DNA from: a virus
Lineage: Duplodnaviria; Caudoviricetes
Virus record (IMG/VR): IMGVR_UViG_3300018405_000014
Coordinates: 1-64,000 of that record
Length of the DNA: 64,000 nucleotides
Strand: one strand, 5' to 3'
Each line of letters opens with the position of its first letter. The first letter of the stretch is position 1. The position numbers and the translations under genes were made by a program. Positions 18,908 to 28,983 of this stretch are shown here, one piece after another. The notes below the pieces were generated by a model. That model saw nothing but the letters and a program-made list of their open reading frames with translations, was not told the DNA's origin and made no database searches.

Positions 18908-19552
18908 TTAATCAATCAATTCCAACACAGGTCGCCAGCCAAAACGATGGGTTACTGTGCCTGTGGTGTACACTGCCTGGGTAATGTGTGTATCATTACC
19001 GCGGTACAGATAAGGTTCCTGACACCACGTATAGCCACCAAAACCTTTAATACCGAGATCGTCATCACTGATCTTAGCCCATTGGCCAAACTCAATGCCT
19101 TCGCCGGACAAGCCCACCGAAGACCCGCTGATACGGTACATCAGGCGGTTCCACTCAGACCCATAACATGCAGCCGGGTCGGCTGCCGACCCTCTGAACG
19201 AAGTTGCCCCTCCATTGAACAAGCGTACTTTATAAACTTTGCCCTTGATGGTTACCGTCTTATTACCATCCACCACCCCGGCGCTGAAAAGCTCAGTGTA
19301 TTTTAAGCCTGATCGGAGCGGGCGCTTTGGTACGTATTTGGTCTTGCCGTCAACTGGGTCGGCAAACACCAACCAAGGTGTAGTATCGTTCGCGCCAATC
19401 GAACTCCCGCTAGTCAATCCCACTGCCGTGGCCAACACTGTGCCTGTAATGAAATCACTGGCAAGAACTTCCCCTTGAAAGGGCGTCTTAGGCCCCATCC
19501 TTAAACGCATCTGAGATGCACCGATCATCAAGCTTTTCATATCGTCACTCAC
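18908..19552 (-). CDS. virion protein of the jumbo-phage 'GWRPVLE' family
   Basis: FQGEV...FITG..LA..VGL, PWL.F, YKVRL, GSEWNRLMY, TWCQE and GWRPVLE motifs. Confidence 0.65.
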   Translation of the reverse strand: MSDDMKSLMIGASQMRLRMGPKTPFQGEVLASDFITGTVLATAVGLTSGSSIGANDTTPWLVFADPVDGKTKYVPKRPLRSGLKYTELFSAGVVDGNKTVTIKGKVYKVRLFNGGATSFRGSAADPAACYGSEWNRLMYRISGSSVGLSGEGIEFGQWAKISDDDLGIKGFGGYTWCQEPYLYRGNDTHITQAVYTTGTVTHRFGWRPVLELID

Positions 19553-20808
19553 TCAATTATCAGGGTACTGGTACCCCATTTGACCAACTCGCCACGGTGG
19601 AATGTAACTGGCTCTGCCGAGATCCGCTTCTCATCCACCTTGGGTTGCCAGCGATAGTTGTAGGTGTCCATCAACCGATGCTGGTGCAGATTATTGTCAG
19701 TACGTAGAACCCAGACCTTGTTTTCTTCCTCCTTGATATAAGAGGGCAGTAAACCAAGCTGAGTCCTCAAGGGCCAGAGTGGCACCTCGCCTTCAAGGTA
19801 GAAGCGACCGGGTAGGAACGTCCGACTGGTCTGGATGGTGTCGACCGTCATGTGATCTGCTTCGATGGCCACTACAAACGACTGACTGAGTCCCAGCAGT
19901 TCCAACATGCATTCATTGGAGTGGAAGTTCTGAAGGTCGTAATCGGTGGGGTTCGTCGGACTGACTTCGTGAAACCGCTCCAGCGCCGATTGGTTGATAA
20001 GGTACCGCGATTCCATGTACCGCTCAAGGAACGGGATGCGTTTCATGTCCACCCGCAGTGTATGGGGTCCGATCACCTTAACGTCTCGGCTGGCCAGGTG
20101 CAGATACCCACCGATGACAATCCCGACCACTTTATTCGTGGTGTCGAAAGGCAACTTCAAGTAGAACTGATCCGACAACAGGCGTGTTGGGTTGGGCTGA
20201 TAGACCATCTCCGGTGTGATACTGACCGTATGGACTCGACCAATGTTCTTGAAACTGATCAGACCAAGCATGGCATTCTGTGTTTTACGAAACGTCACAC
20301 CGCCGTCCTTGATGTAGGCCCCATCGCTGTCTGCATCCAATCGATGTACCAGACCATTGACAGTAGCCAGACAATGACGCTGCAGGTCAACATAATCAGT
20401 GTCGTCCCGAGTCAGCCAGATATCAGGTTTGTCATAGTCGGTCGCATCGTTAAATGGCGAACCCTTGGCCACGCAAAGATCGGCTTTAAAACCCGCCTGC
20501 CAGATGTCTCGTGCCAGTGCATCGAATTGCTTGACTTTGGGTTCACCGGTGATTGTAGGTAGCGTGGTGTTGGCGTTATCGATCAACCACTGCGCTACCG
20601 TGACGGTATCTAGCACCGGGACGAGCAGGGCCTCAGCGTCACGCAGGCGCAGGGTGTGCTTACCTTCCAGTGCCGGATGCGTCACGACAAGGTAGACTTC
20701 GGTATAGGCCTGAAGCATGGTTTTGACTGGCAGATCACGGATATCTTTTTCTTCGTAACGCACATTGGGCAGCCGGTGCTTCAACATGGCGTATTGGTAT
20801 TCGTACAT
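19549..20808 (-). CDS. phiKZ-like virion structural protein
   Basis: Long ORF; likely start MYEYQY at 20808 (GGGGAG SD). Confidence 0.6.
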   Translation of the reverse strand: MYEYQYAMLKHRLPNVRYEEKDIRDLPVKTMLQAYTEVYLVVTHPALEGKHTLRLRDAEALLVPVLDTVTVAQWLIDNANTTLPTITGEPKVKQFDALARDIWQAGFKADLCVAKGSPFNDATDYDKPDIWLTRDDTDYVDLQRHCLATVNGLVHRLDADSDGAYIKDGGVTFRKTQNAMLGLISFKNIGRVHTVSITPEMVYQPNPTRLLSDQFYLKLPFDTTNKVVGIVIGGYLHLASRDVKVIGPHTLRVDMKRIPFLERYMESRYLINQSALERFHEVSPTNPTDYDLQNFHSNECMLELLGLSQSFVVAIEADHMTVDTIQTSRTFLPGRFYLEGEVPLWPLRTQLGLLPSYIKEEENKVWVLRTDNNLHQHRLMDTYNYRWQPKVDEKRISAEPVTFHRGELVKWGTSTLIIE

Positions 20809-20951
20809 TTTCGGCTCCCCCGGCAATAATGGTATGCCAGTTGTTTGATGAATAATATTGTCAAGCATAGTTCTTACAAACACGTCGACCGTTCAGGCCC
20901 TGTCAAATAGAGTCGATGCCGGTGGAGATTCCTCTTCGGAGAGTGTAACTC

Positions 20952-23351
20952 ATGAGTACTGTCATCCCACAATACCCTTTCGATCCGACGGGGCTTGCTC
21001 AAAGTAACAAGGTAGTTGAGACTCAGGCGATCAAATCGCGTGGTACGTTCGATTACTACTATGTCGTCCCGCGCGTCAGCCCGTTTTATGCCGAAGGCGC
21101 TGAACTGCGTCTATATCCGGTGGGCACCAGCACCGCTAACCCCCTGGGAGGTCAGCTGCTAGTAGAAGGTGTCCACTATAGTTTCGGATACCATTTCGCT
21201 CAAGCATCACATACCATTGGAAAGCCGGTGTACGGCGCGATCACCTTCTTCGATCGTACGATGGAAGGTCAACTGCGGATGGTACTGCAGACGGTCGGTG
21301 GTGATTGGGTTCTTGACGATCAGGCAATGAATGAGCTCCTGCTCAATACTGCCTACAACCCCCGCATTGCTACCTGGGAACAATTGGTTGAATTGCCTCA
21401 CCAGTTCCCTGTTGTAAACCATGATTTCAGTGTCGATGATTTTGTCGGCATGAGTGAAGTCGTCGATGAACTAGGAGATATCGAACGCGCCATCCTTCAA
21501 TCTAACGAAGGTGGTCTGCAGCAACACATTGAAGACCAGGCCAACCCACACCAAGTCTCCAAGATTCAGGTTGGTCTCGGACTGGTCGATAACTACCCGA
21601 CTGCGACCATTGCAGAAGCCACAGGCGGTACCGCCAACAACCGCTTCATGACGCCGTTGCGTACCAAGCAACTGATCGACACCGTGGCCACTGCAGCACT
21701 GGTGGCTCACCAGGGCGATTATACCAACCCGCACCAGGTGACAAAGACACAGGTCGGTCTGGGTAACGTACAAAACCTGGCCCTGGCCACCCAAGCGGAA
21801 GCCGAAGCGGGCGCCTCCCATGCGCGTTATATGACGGCACTGCGCACACGCGAGGCCATTATCGCTATTGTCGGTAACCGTCTCGACGGCCACATTGGTG
21901 ATTACGCCAACCCGCACCAGGTGACGAAAGCCCAAGTGGGGCTCGGGAATGTCCAGAACATCGGGATCGCTACCGATGTCGATGCATTGTCAGGCCTTGG
22001 CGACAGTGGGGTGATCACACCTCGACTCCTTAGCCTTGTGTTGAGTGAGACGGTAGGTGAAGGTGTCACCGATCACATTCAGGACTCTGCAAACCCCCAT
22101 GGTGTCACCAAAGCACAAGTGGGTTTGGGGAGTGTTGAGAACTTCGGGATCGCGACAGAAGTAGAGGCTCGGGAAGCCACTGCTGCCAACAAGTACATGA
22201 CCCCACTGGCCGTCCGGCAGGCAATCAATGCTCTGGTCGGTGACAGTTCCAACGCTCACGTCACTGACTTCGGTAACCCGCATGCCGTTACTGCCGCCCA
22301 GGTCGGCACGTACGATCGTGACCAGATCAACCTTCTGTTGAACGATAAGTTGGACCTGGCCGATACGGCAGGCGATTCGGCGCGAGTGTTCGGTCTTAAC
22401 CAAGAGGGTCTGGCAGCATGGATTGGGTCCGTCACCTCAGGTGATGCACTGAAGTTTGATGGCAAGACTTACAATGAAGTCAAGCTCGACATCCTCGCAG
22501 GTAAAGCTGCAGACTCTGCTCGACTTGATGGTAAGTCCTACGCTGACATCTTGCAACAGATCTCGGAAGCAACAGGTAACAGCTCGTTTAAGTATGTTGT
22601 AGACGGCATCCCCATGGTCGAGGACGACCTCGGCGATAGCATCGAAGCGCCTACAAACTGGTGCCATATCGGCTCCATGTTCCAACGGTCAGCCTTCGCC
22701 GATGCCGACCTTACGATACTTATCACAGGGGGTCGAGTTGACAATATAGACATTCGCCGTCACCACTCTATCCTAGTCGAGATTTCCACAACCAACGACT
22801 ATGAAAACGGTGATGTAGGTGCCGCCTATGCTCCTCTCCTACTAGGAGACTGCGTGGTCAAGTACCTCACTCCACCAGAGCGATCCATCGACGTTGGAGT
22901 TGTAGTGTCTGATGTTGAAGGTAGACCGTGTCTTGATATTTACGTTAAGAGCACTGGGGTTACTTCACCGTGGGTCGTGACTGAACTGACCGATGGGCTA
23001 TTTGTCCAGAAGGAGCGGGGCCCTATCATTGGGGTTTCTGATCTGATTACGGTAGAGCCTGCTGGGATTGTCTATCCGCGTATTCTCCTCGAAGGAACGG
23101 CTGAGATCCAGGCGCTTCAGGAGTTCTCGCAGCGTAATGATAACCCTCATGCCGTCACCAAGGCCCAGGTTGGATTGGGGAGCGTGGATAACTACGGAAC
23201 GGCATCTACGGCAATGGCCATCACCGGCACTGCTACCGATAAGTTCATGACCCCCGCATCTACCACGGCTAAGGTCAACGACTCCATCGGCATTCTCTGC
23301 GATGAGCTGATCCTTGTCATGGATGATGCAATGGCTAACCTGTTCTCATAA
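20952..23351 (+). CDS. tail fibre protein (phiKZ gp145/146-like) with NPH-VTKAQVGLG repeats
   Basis: YPFDPTG N-terminus; repeated H..D..NPHQVTKAQVGLG.V.N...A...FMTP units. Confidence 0.8.
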   Translation: MSTVIPQYPFDPTGLAQSNKVVETQAIKSRGTFDYYYVVPRVSPFYAEGAELRLYPVGTSTANPLGGQLLVEGVHYSFGYHFAQASHTIGKPVYGAITFFDRTMEGQLRMVLQTVGGDWVLDDQAMNELLLNTAYNPRIATWEQLVELPHQFPVVNHDFSVDDFVGMSEVVDELGDIERAILQSNEGGLQQHIEDQANPHQVSKIQVGLGLVDNYPTATIAEATGGTANNRFMTPLRTKQLIDTVATAALVAHQGDYTNPHQVTKTQVGLGNVQNLALATQAEAEAGASHARYMTALRTREAIIAIVGNRLDGHIGDYANPHQVTKAQVGLGNVQNIGIATDVDALSGLGDSGVITPRLLSLVLSETVGEGVTDHIQDSANPHGVTKAQVGLGSVENFGIATEVEAREATAANKYMTPLAVRQAINALVGDSSNAHVTDFGNPHAVTAAQVGTYDRDQINLLLNDKLDLADTAGDSARVFGLNQEGLAAWIGSVTSGDALKFDGKTYNEVKLDILAGKAADSARLDGKSYADILQQISEATGNSSFKYVVDGIPMVEDDLGDSIEAPTNWCHIGSMFQRSAFADADLTILITGGRVDNIDIRRHHSILVEISTTNDYENGDVGAAYAPLLLGDCVVKYLTPPERSIDVGVVVSDVEGRPCLDIYVKSTGVTSPWVVTELTDGLFVQKERGPIIGVSDLITVEPAGIVYPRILLEGTAEIQALQEFSQRNDNPHAVTKAQVGLGSVDNYGTASTAMAITGTATDKFMTPASTTAKVNDSIGILCDELILVMDDAMANLFS

Positions 23352-23419
23352 CACCCTGGACGCTGCGCTGGAGACGGCGCAGCGTCATTATCTGATAGAC
23401 CCAGACACTGGAGTTTTCC

Positions 23420-24994
23420 ATGAGCGTGCCACCCATTATTCAATATCCGCTCGACCTTACCGGAACGTCAGCGACAAACGCCATTGTAGGTGAAAGTCGG
23501 GACATTGCCAACCTCAACGAGCGGGTCTTCGTGCCCAAAGCCGGACCATTCTACACCGACAGCTTCGTCATTCGTAACGCCGAAACCGGTCAGCCCCTGA
23601 GGCCTGTGGATGACTATGTTCTGGCACAACCGTTTTCTCAAGCGTCGTTGCGCAGCGGCAAGGATGTTCAGTGCGCCGTTGTCCTGAAGACTTCTGTCCC
23701 CATCAGCGTTGAGATGGATTATCAGGTTGTCGGGGGCGAGTATTCCTGGAACCTGGCGGGCTTGGCCGACCTCATTGCCGAACTCGATCTGGATGACCGC
23801 CCTATCAAATGGGGTGCAGTTATTGGTCGACCGACCATGTATCCGCCAGCACCGCACATGCACGACATTGGCGACACCTACGGGTGGGAATACGTCGTGT
23901 GGCAGTTGGAGCGTGTGACGTATGCGATCCTCACAGGTGACGAGGCCTCTCACGAAGAGCTGCGCCAACAGATGCAGACGCTACATGCCCAGCAACAAGC
24001 GATCATCGATGCTCTGGATGCGCGGTTTGTAGGTCACACCAACGACAAAACCAACCCTCATGCCGTCACCAAGGCCCAGACGGGACTGGGTAGTGTCGAC
24101 AACTATCCGACAGCTAACGCCAGTGAGTCGCTGGCCGGGGTCGCCAACAACCGCTTCATGACACCTCTGGGAAGTGCATCGCTGGCAGACCGCATCGCCA
24201 CCGAGCGGGTCAGTGACCATGAAGCCAAGAAGACCAACCCGCACCAGGTAACCAAAGCGCAAGTCGGCCTAGGAAACGTGGATAACTACGGGACAGCCAC
24301 TCAGGCACAGGCCGAATCTGCATCGGTTACCGACAAGTTCATGACGCCTCAACGGACTTATCAAGCCATCATGATCCATGCGGGTGTTCTACTGGATGCC
24401 CACGTCAACAACAAGCAGAATCCGCACAGTGTCACCAAAGCACAGGTCGGGCTTGGAAGCGTCGACAACTATGCCACCGCCAGTCAGGCTGAAGCCCTGG
24501 CGGGTGTGGCCACCAACCGCTTCATGACACCCCAGCGAGTCAAACAATCGATTGACGTCCATGCCGGCAACCTGATCAATGCCCACGTCACCAACACCAG
24601 TAACCCACACCAAGTAACGAAGGCTCAGGTCGGTCTGAGTAACATCCCCAATGCCGTCACTCGCGAGCGAAGCCTTGACAGTAACACCACCCTGCTACTC
24701 GCTGGTGCAATGCGCGATCACCTTATTTCGGGTGACCACGACAACCGGTATGTTCGTCTGAACACTCAGCAGAACACCAGTATGCGGATCGTCAACGGTA
24801 CACTGCAGTCGTATGTCGGTGGTTACTGGCGTCAGGTCTGGCCGGCGGTGTGGAGTAACCACGTTGCACAGGGTTACAACGACCCCTACCTTGGAGAAGG
24901 TACTGGGGTGCAGCTGTTGTCAGCAGGCGGACGCCTGTACGCCACGGTCAACGGTAATTGGCAGCAGATCTGGCCTTCGCAGTGGGCGGATTAA
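23420..24994 (+). CDS. tail fibre protein A (paralogue of 36406-37839)
   Basis: YPLDLTG N-terminus, NPH/VTKAQVGLG repeats, duplicated C-terminal G.W.Q.WP..W motif. Confidence 0.8.
   Translation: MSVPPIIQYPLDLTGTSATNAIVGESRDIANLNERVFVPKAGPFYTDSFVIRNAETGQPLRPVDDYVLAQPFSQASLRSGKDVQCAVVLKTSVPISVEMDYQVVGGEYSWNLAGLADLIAELDLDDRPIKWGAVIGRPTMYPPAPHMHDIGDTYGWEYVVWQLERVTYAILTGDEASHEELRQQMQTLHAQQQAIIDALDARFVGHTNDKTNPHAVTKAQTGLGSVDNYPTANASESLAGVANNRFMTPLGSASLADRIATERVSDHEAKKTNPHQVTKAQVGLGNVDNYGTATQAQAESASVTDKFMTPQRTYQAIMIHAGVLLDAHVNNKQNPHSVTKAQVGLGSVDNYATASQAEALAGVATNRFMTPQRVKQSIDVHAGNLINAHVTNTSNPHQVTKAQVGLSNIPNAVTRERSLDSNTTLLLAGAMRDHLISGDHDNRYVRLNTQQNTSMRIVNGTLQSYVGGYWRQVWPAVWSNHVAQGYNDPYLGEGTGVQLLSAGGRLYATVNGNWQQIWPSQWAD
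23621..23672 (+). repeat. 52-bp exact direct repeat shared with 36607-36658 (fibre A/B)
   Basis: CTGGCACAACCGTTTTCTCAAGCGTCGTTGCGCAGCGGCAAGGATGTTCAGT occurs in both fibre genes. Confidence 0.85.
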
Positions 24995-25091
24995 TTTACC
25001 GGACATTAGAATTCTATAGACGATGGCAAGCAGGGCGGCAGAGTTCGCCCTGTACCTTCAAATAGACTTCTAAATCTGACGAGGTGCACCG

Positions 25092-25607
25092 ATGCTCCAG
25101 CGATTGGAGATGTTCAAATTTTCAGGAATCTGTGAAGATACCTTAGCGGTGGAGGATGTCATTGCCAGTGCCCATGTATACGAGCAGAACATGATCAAGG
25201 TGGTTCGCAACAATGCGTCTTATGTAGTCAATAACTTGAACGAATACCTTGAGCTTTCGACCTACCCGATTAAGATCGAGGGATATGAGCGATTCAATTC
25301 GGTCATGTTTCGCGAATGCAAGGCGCTGGCGTCCCACATGAAGCACCAGGGGTTTGTCAGTTGCCATTTGTTCTTGTCGCCCAAGGCCTCGGTAAGTTTT
25401 GCCATGCACACTGACCCTGACGATGTCGTTGTTCACATGGTCAAAGGGCGTAAGCTCTTTGAATCACCCGACGGTGTTCTAGAACTCAGTGAAGGTCAGT
25501 CGATCTACATCCCACGCAACTATCCGCACCGAGCAATCAACACCGAGGATTCTATCATGTTGAGTTTTGGGTTGGAATTGTTCACTGAGCAAAAATTATG
25601 GGCATGA
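25092..25607 (+). CDS. JmjC/cupin-4 (YcfD/ROX-like) Fe(II)/2OG oxygenase
   Basis: SFAMHTDPDDVVVHMVKGRK...GQSIYIPRNYPHRA: HxD...H facial triad in a ribosomal-oxygenase-like context. Confidence 0.8.
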   Translation: MLQRLEMFKFSGICEDTLAVEDVIASAHVYEQNMIKVVRNNASYVVNNLNEYLELSTYPIKIEGYERFNSVMFRECKALASHMKHQGFVSCHLFLSPKASVSFAMHTDPDDVVVHMVKGRKLFESPDGVLELSEGQSIYIPRNYPHRAINTEDSIMLSFGLELFTEQKLWA

Positions 25608-26638
25608 ACAAGACCATCTACATCAAGACCACGGGTACCTGCAATCTTGACTGTCATCATTGCTTCACCAACGGGAAGAACGGCGACAAGACGCAGTTTG
25701 ATCCGATGGTCACAGCTGACTGGGTCCGGTCATTTATGGCCAAGTATCCAGTAGGAACACACTACCACATGGAGTTTCATGGTGGAGAACCGTTTCTGGT
25801 GCCACTCGAAAAGCTTAAGGCTTTTGCCGATCAGTTCATCGACAACCCACATGTCTCGTTCTGTGCAAACAGTAACCTGACATTCAAGTTGAGGGAGGAG
25901 CATATTCTTTTTATGCTCGATTACTTCGACGGGTTTATCGGCACAAGCTGGGACCCATGGATTCGATGGGCGAACGATAAACAGTTCAACCTCTGGAAAA
26001 GTAACCTTGAGTTGCTCCGGAGTAGGGGTATAGGCATTGCGCTTAAAGCCTCGGTCAGCCGTGCTTTGCTGCAGATGACTCCCGACTGGTTCATCGATCA
26101 GATGGAAAGCTTTGCAGTTGAAGAAGTGTCACTCGAGCGCCTGACCTTCGATGGGAACGCAACCGCCAATCGGGATGTATTCCCCGACAATGAAGAGCAG
26201 GACAATTGGTACCTGGCCCTGTACCAACGCTATAAACAGCGAAAGCCAAGGGTCCGGATCAAGACCCTCGACATCATCGAGGAAAAACTCAAGAACAATA
26301 TCGTCAAGGTCGACACCAATTGCCGTAATTGTGAACAGAACCTTGTAACCATCAACTCAGACGGATCGCTCTCAGGTTGTCCAAACGCAGCCGCTAAGCT
26401 CCATCACGCCAAGATAGAAGACGGTGTGGAAGCTTTTCTGGTCTCGGACGGTCGGGTAACCGAGATCGCTACCGAATTGACTTGGGGTGATGGTTGCCTC
26501 GGATGCGATGTGTTTGATCTATGTGGCGGTGATTGCCACAGACTTCCATGGCAAGATGGGCGATGCGGTGGGTTGAAAAACACCCTGCGCTTCCTGTCTG
26601 GCCGAAACACTCACAGTAACCTGATTTTGAAGGTGTAA
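25604..26638 (+). CDS. radical SAM protein with SPASM-like C-terminal Cys cluster
   Basis: CNLDCHHC, FHGGEPFL, C..C...GC and CLGCDVFDLCGGDC; ATGA overlap with the upstream gene. Confidence 0.92.
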   Translation: MNKTIYIKTTGTCNLDCHHCFTNGKNGDKTQFDPMVTADWVRSFMAKYPVGTHYHMEFHGGEPFLVPLEKLKAFADQFIDNPHVSFCANSNLTFKLREEHILFMLDYFDGFIGTSWDPWIRWANDKQFNLWKSNLELLRSRGIGIALKASVSRALLQMTPDWFIDQMESFAVEEVSLERLTFDGNATANRDVFPDNEEQDNWYLALYQRYKQRKPRVRIKTLDIIEEKLKNNIVKVDTNCRNCEQNLVTINSDGSLSGCPNAAAKLHHAKIEDGVEAFLVSDGRVTEIATELTWGDGCLGCDVFDLCGGDCHRLPWQDGRCGGLKNTLRFLSGRNTHSNLILKV

Positions 26639-26639
26639 C

Positions 26640-27179
26640 ATGACTGAACAAATAACTCGTAACCGTCTAGCGGTCCAAGCCAACAGCCGGATTCGTGACC
26701 GCTGCAACAGTGGTATTTCGTGGGGCACCAACAGTTATCCGGCCAACTCGTTGTCGTGGTGGTTTGGTGGCACGACAGCAGGCCGTGGTGAGTCCTTGTC
26801 TCGCGATAGTTTCAACGCCGGCGATACCGATGCCAGCCAAGTCGTGGAGCGCCTGCGGTCATTCGCCAACATCTTTGCGGCTATCCGTCGGACGCGCATC
26901 GTCATTTACCGCACCCATCATCAACTCGGCAGTGAAGTGATCTATGATGGGACGGCGGTGGCACACACGGCGTACTCGGTGGGGGCGTTCGCCAACGGTG
27001 TGCCAGTATCTGCAGTTCGCAATGGCGTGACAATGGATCTCGGGATGCTGAACGATAGTATCGATGAACTGTACAGTGCCTACGTATCCAATTGCCGCAA
27101 CACCACCCTGGACCTGACCAACACGGTCTGTCATTCAAGCTGTCACAGTAACTGCCATACAGCCCGCGGTCGACGTTAA
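26640..27179 (+). CDS. putative substrate/precursor-like protein with C-terminal CHSSCHSNCH motif
   Basis: 179 aa ending VCHSSCHSNCHTARGRR; embedded among radical SAM genes. Confidence 0.7.
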   Translation: MTEQITRNRLAVQANSRIRDRCNSGISWGTNSYPANSLSWWFGGTTAGRGESLSRDSFNAGDTDASQVVERLRSFANIFAAIRRTRIVIYRTHHQLGSEVIYDGTAVAHTAYSVGAFANGVPVSAVRNGVTMDLGMLNDSIDELYSAYVSNCRNTTLDLTNTVCHSSCHSNCHTARGRR

Positions 27180-27194
27180 ACCAGGAGCAGCACC

Positions 27195-27917
27195 ATGGAA
27201 CATCAAGAAAAGAAAGTCATCGTTACTCCGGCACCCATTCCAATGGATCTCTTGCGGTTGAAGTTCACCGAAGATGTTCATTACGTAATCGACTACAGTG
27301 AAAGTAAGTTCAAGGGGAAGGTTCTGCTCACGTACCTGACCAACCTTAACCTGAACTGTGAGATCAAGTTTCCCGATCTCGAATCAGAGCTACAGGTGTT
27401 TAAAGAATATCTGTCTCTTCCAAGTATGGTGAATACGCCGCAGTTTGAAAGCATCATCATTCATCTGCTACTCGATATCATGGCCGTCCCCAATGCCCTG
27501 ACATTCGACCCAACTCAATTCGTCATCGAGAACGCAGAGGTTCTTTCCCGCTGGTTGACTAACGTCTCCATGCTACCGGCCTTCGCCCTACACTGCCACC
27601 CTAAGCTTAAGGATCAGGTAGGTAAGTACGAGGAGGTGGCGGACGATCTGCGAGGGATCAACTTCGTCAATCTGGTCAAGCATCCTGATTTCCCACTGCT
27701 CATTGATGAGATCCCGGAAAGCGACTGGTGCTGGAACCGGACTTTCTTTAACGAGCCGTGTTTTGCTGGTAAGAAGATGTTTGAGTTCTTCATGGATAAG
27801 AATAACCCTTACTTTATCTGTCTGCTGGCAATGGAAGATCAGCTCGAATCCGGTAGGTTCCTTGATGCCCTATCGTCTACAGTTTCCAACCTAGCTACTC
27901 TGCCCGAAGGAGTGTAG
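27195..27917 (+). CDS. hypothetical protein of the radical SAM cassette
   Basis: AGGAG SD; 240-aa ORF. Confidence 0.75.
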   Translation: MEHQEKKVIVTPAPIPMDLLRLKFTEDVHYVIDYSESKFKGKVLLTYLTNLNLNCEIKFPDLESELQVFKEYLSLPSMVNTPQFESIIIHLLLDIMAVPNALTFDPTQFVIENAEVLSRWLTNVSMLPAFALHCHPKLKDQVGKYEEVADDLRGINFVNLVKHPDFPLLIDEIPESDWCWNRTFFNEPCFAGKKMFEFFMDKNNPYFICLLAMEDQLESGRFLDALSSTVSNLATLPEGV

Positions 27918-27918
27918 T

Positions 27919-28983
27919 ATGTATCATTTTATCAACCGTGTCTATGTGGACACATCGCTACTGCTCGACCATGACGCAAAGCGAATGACCATCGGTAAAC
28001 AAATCGGGTATGAATACGCCAAGGTGAGTGAATTTGATCCAGAGGGCGGTGTCCAGCTGTTCTACGCTGAGTCTCTGGATGCTGTCGATCATAAGGCTTT
28101 CAAAGACGCGATGGTCCAAGCGGTATCCAGCGATGAGAAGACCACCATCTTCTGTGATTCCGATACGTACGTGCGCCTGTACGGTATGTTCATCAAGGCT
28201 CTTTTCCCCAATATCGACTTCGACACCTTCAAGTGGATCATGGTCTGTAAGAAAGCGATGTTCAACAGTTCGGTATCGTCACGCGGTGAACCCAGCGTCG
28301 ATGTCCTTTCTAAGCTGGTGATTAATGGGGCTGTAGTAAAGGCTGTCTACGACAGTGAAGAAGAACTTCAGGACATCATCGATGAGCTGGTCCGTGACAA
28401 TGCCGAAGAGCTTTCGCTTGAGTGGCAGATCATCCGACTTCGACTTGATGGAAAATACGGTAAGATCCCTCGGGTAACCAAGAACATCCTGCGCAAGATC
28501 GCACTGTCGAACGCACACGATGCTCTGGAAGTGTGGGCTCGTCATATCACGCGGCCAGAGAACTGGGATATGGCAGGTGCTGATATAGACACCTTGCTCA
28601 ACGGCCAGACTGTATTTGAAGGGTGCCTGAGGCTCCCTCATCTATCGTCTACGGTACTCATGCGCCCGGGTCTTTACGCCTACCGTCCTACCGATGAATG
28701 GCTCATGGGTATGCTCCGTGAAGCCATTAAGTTAATGACTCATCTTGAGGATGAGTCCTCGGCCAAGCGTGCTGCCAAGATTCTCGAGTTACTCGCCGAT
28801 ACCCGTCCCATGTCCGACCCTGCAAACTGCATGGATCGTATCCAGGTTATGTTCAACGGTCCGATGCGCATTGCTCTCGCTATGCGTGATAACGGTAAGT
28901 ACGACGAGAGCCTTATCAGGCTAATCCTTAGCCTCGACGACGATAAGCTTAAGGATATACTTGAAGGGGCTGCCTGGCGATGA
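27919..28983 (+). CDS. hypothetical protein of the radical SAM cassette
   Basis: 354-aa ORF tightly coupled to its neighbours. Confidence 0.75.
   Translation: MYHFINRVYVDTSLLLDHDAKRMTIGKQIGYEYAKVSEFDPEGGVQLFYAESLDAVDHKAFKDAMVQAVSSDEKTTIFCDSDTYVRLYGMFIKALFPNIDFDTFKWIMVCKKAMFNSSVSSRGEPSVDVLSKLVINGAVVKAVYDSEEELQDIIDELVRDNAEELSLEWQIIRLRLDGKYGKIPRVTKNILRKIALSNAHDALEVWARHITRPENWDMAGADIDTLLNGQTVFEGCLRLPHLSSTVLMRPGLYAYRPTDEWLMGMLREAIKLMTHLEDESSAKRAAKILELLADTRPMSDPANCMDRIQVMFNGPMRIALAMRDNGKYDESLIRLILSLDDDKLKDILEGAAWR

Noticed and set aside
21500-24650. Periodic repeats suggesting a CRISPR array
   Set aside because: These are degenerate in-frame protein repeats (NPHQVTKAQVGLG) of tail fibres, not identical repeats with unique spacers.
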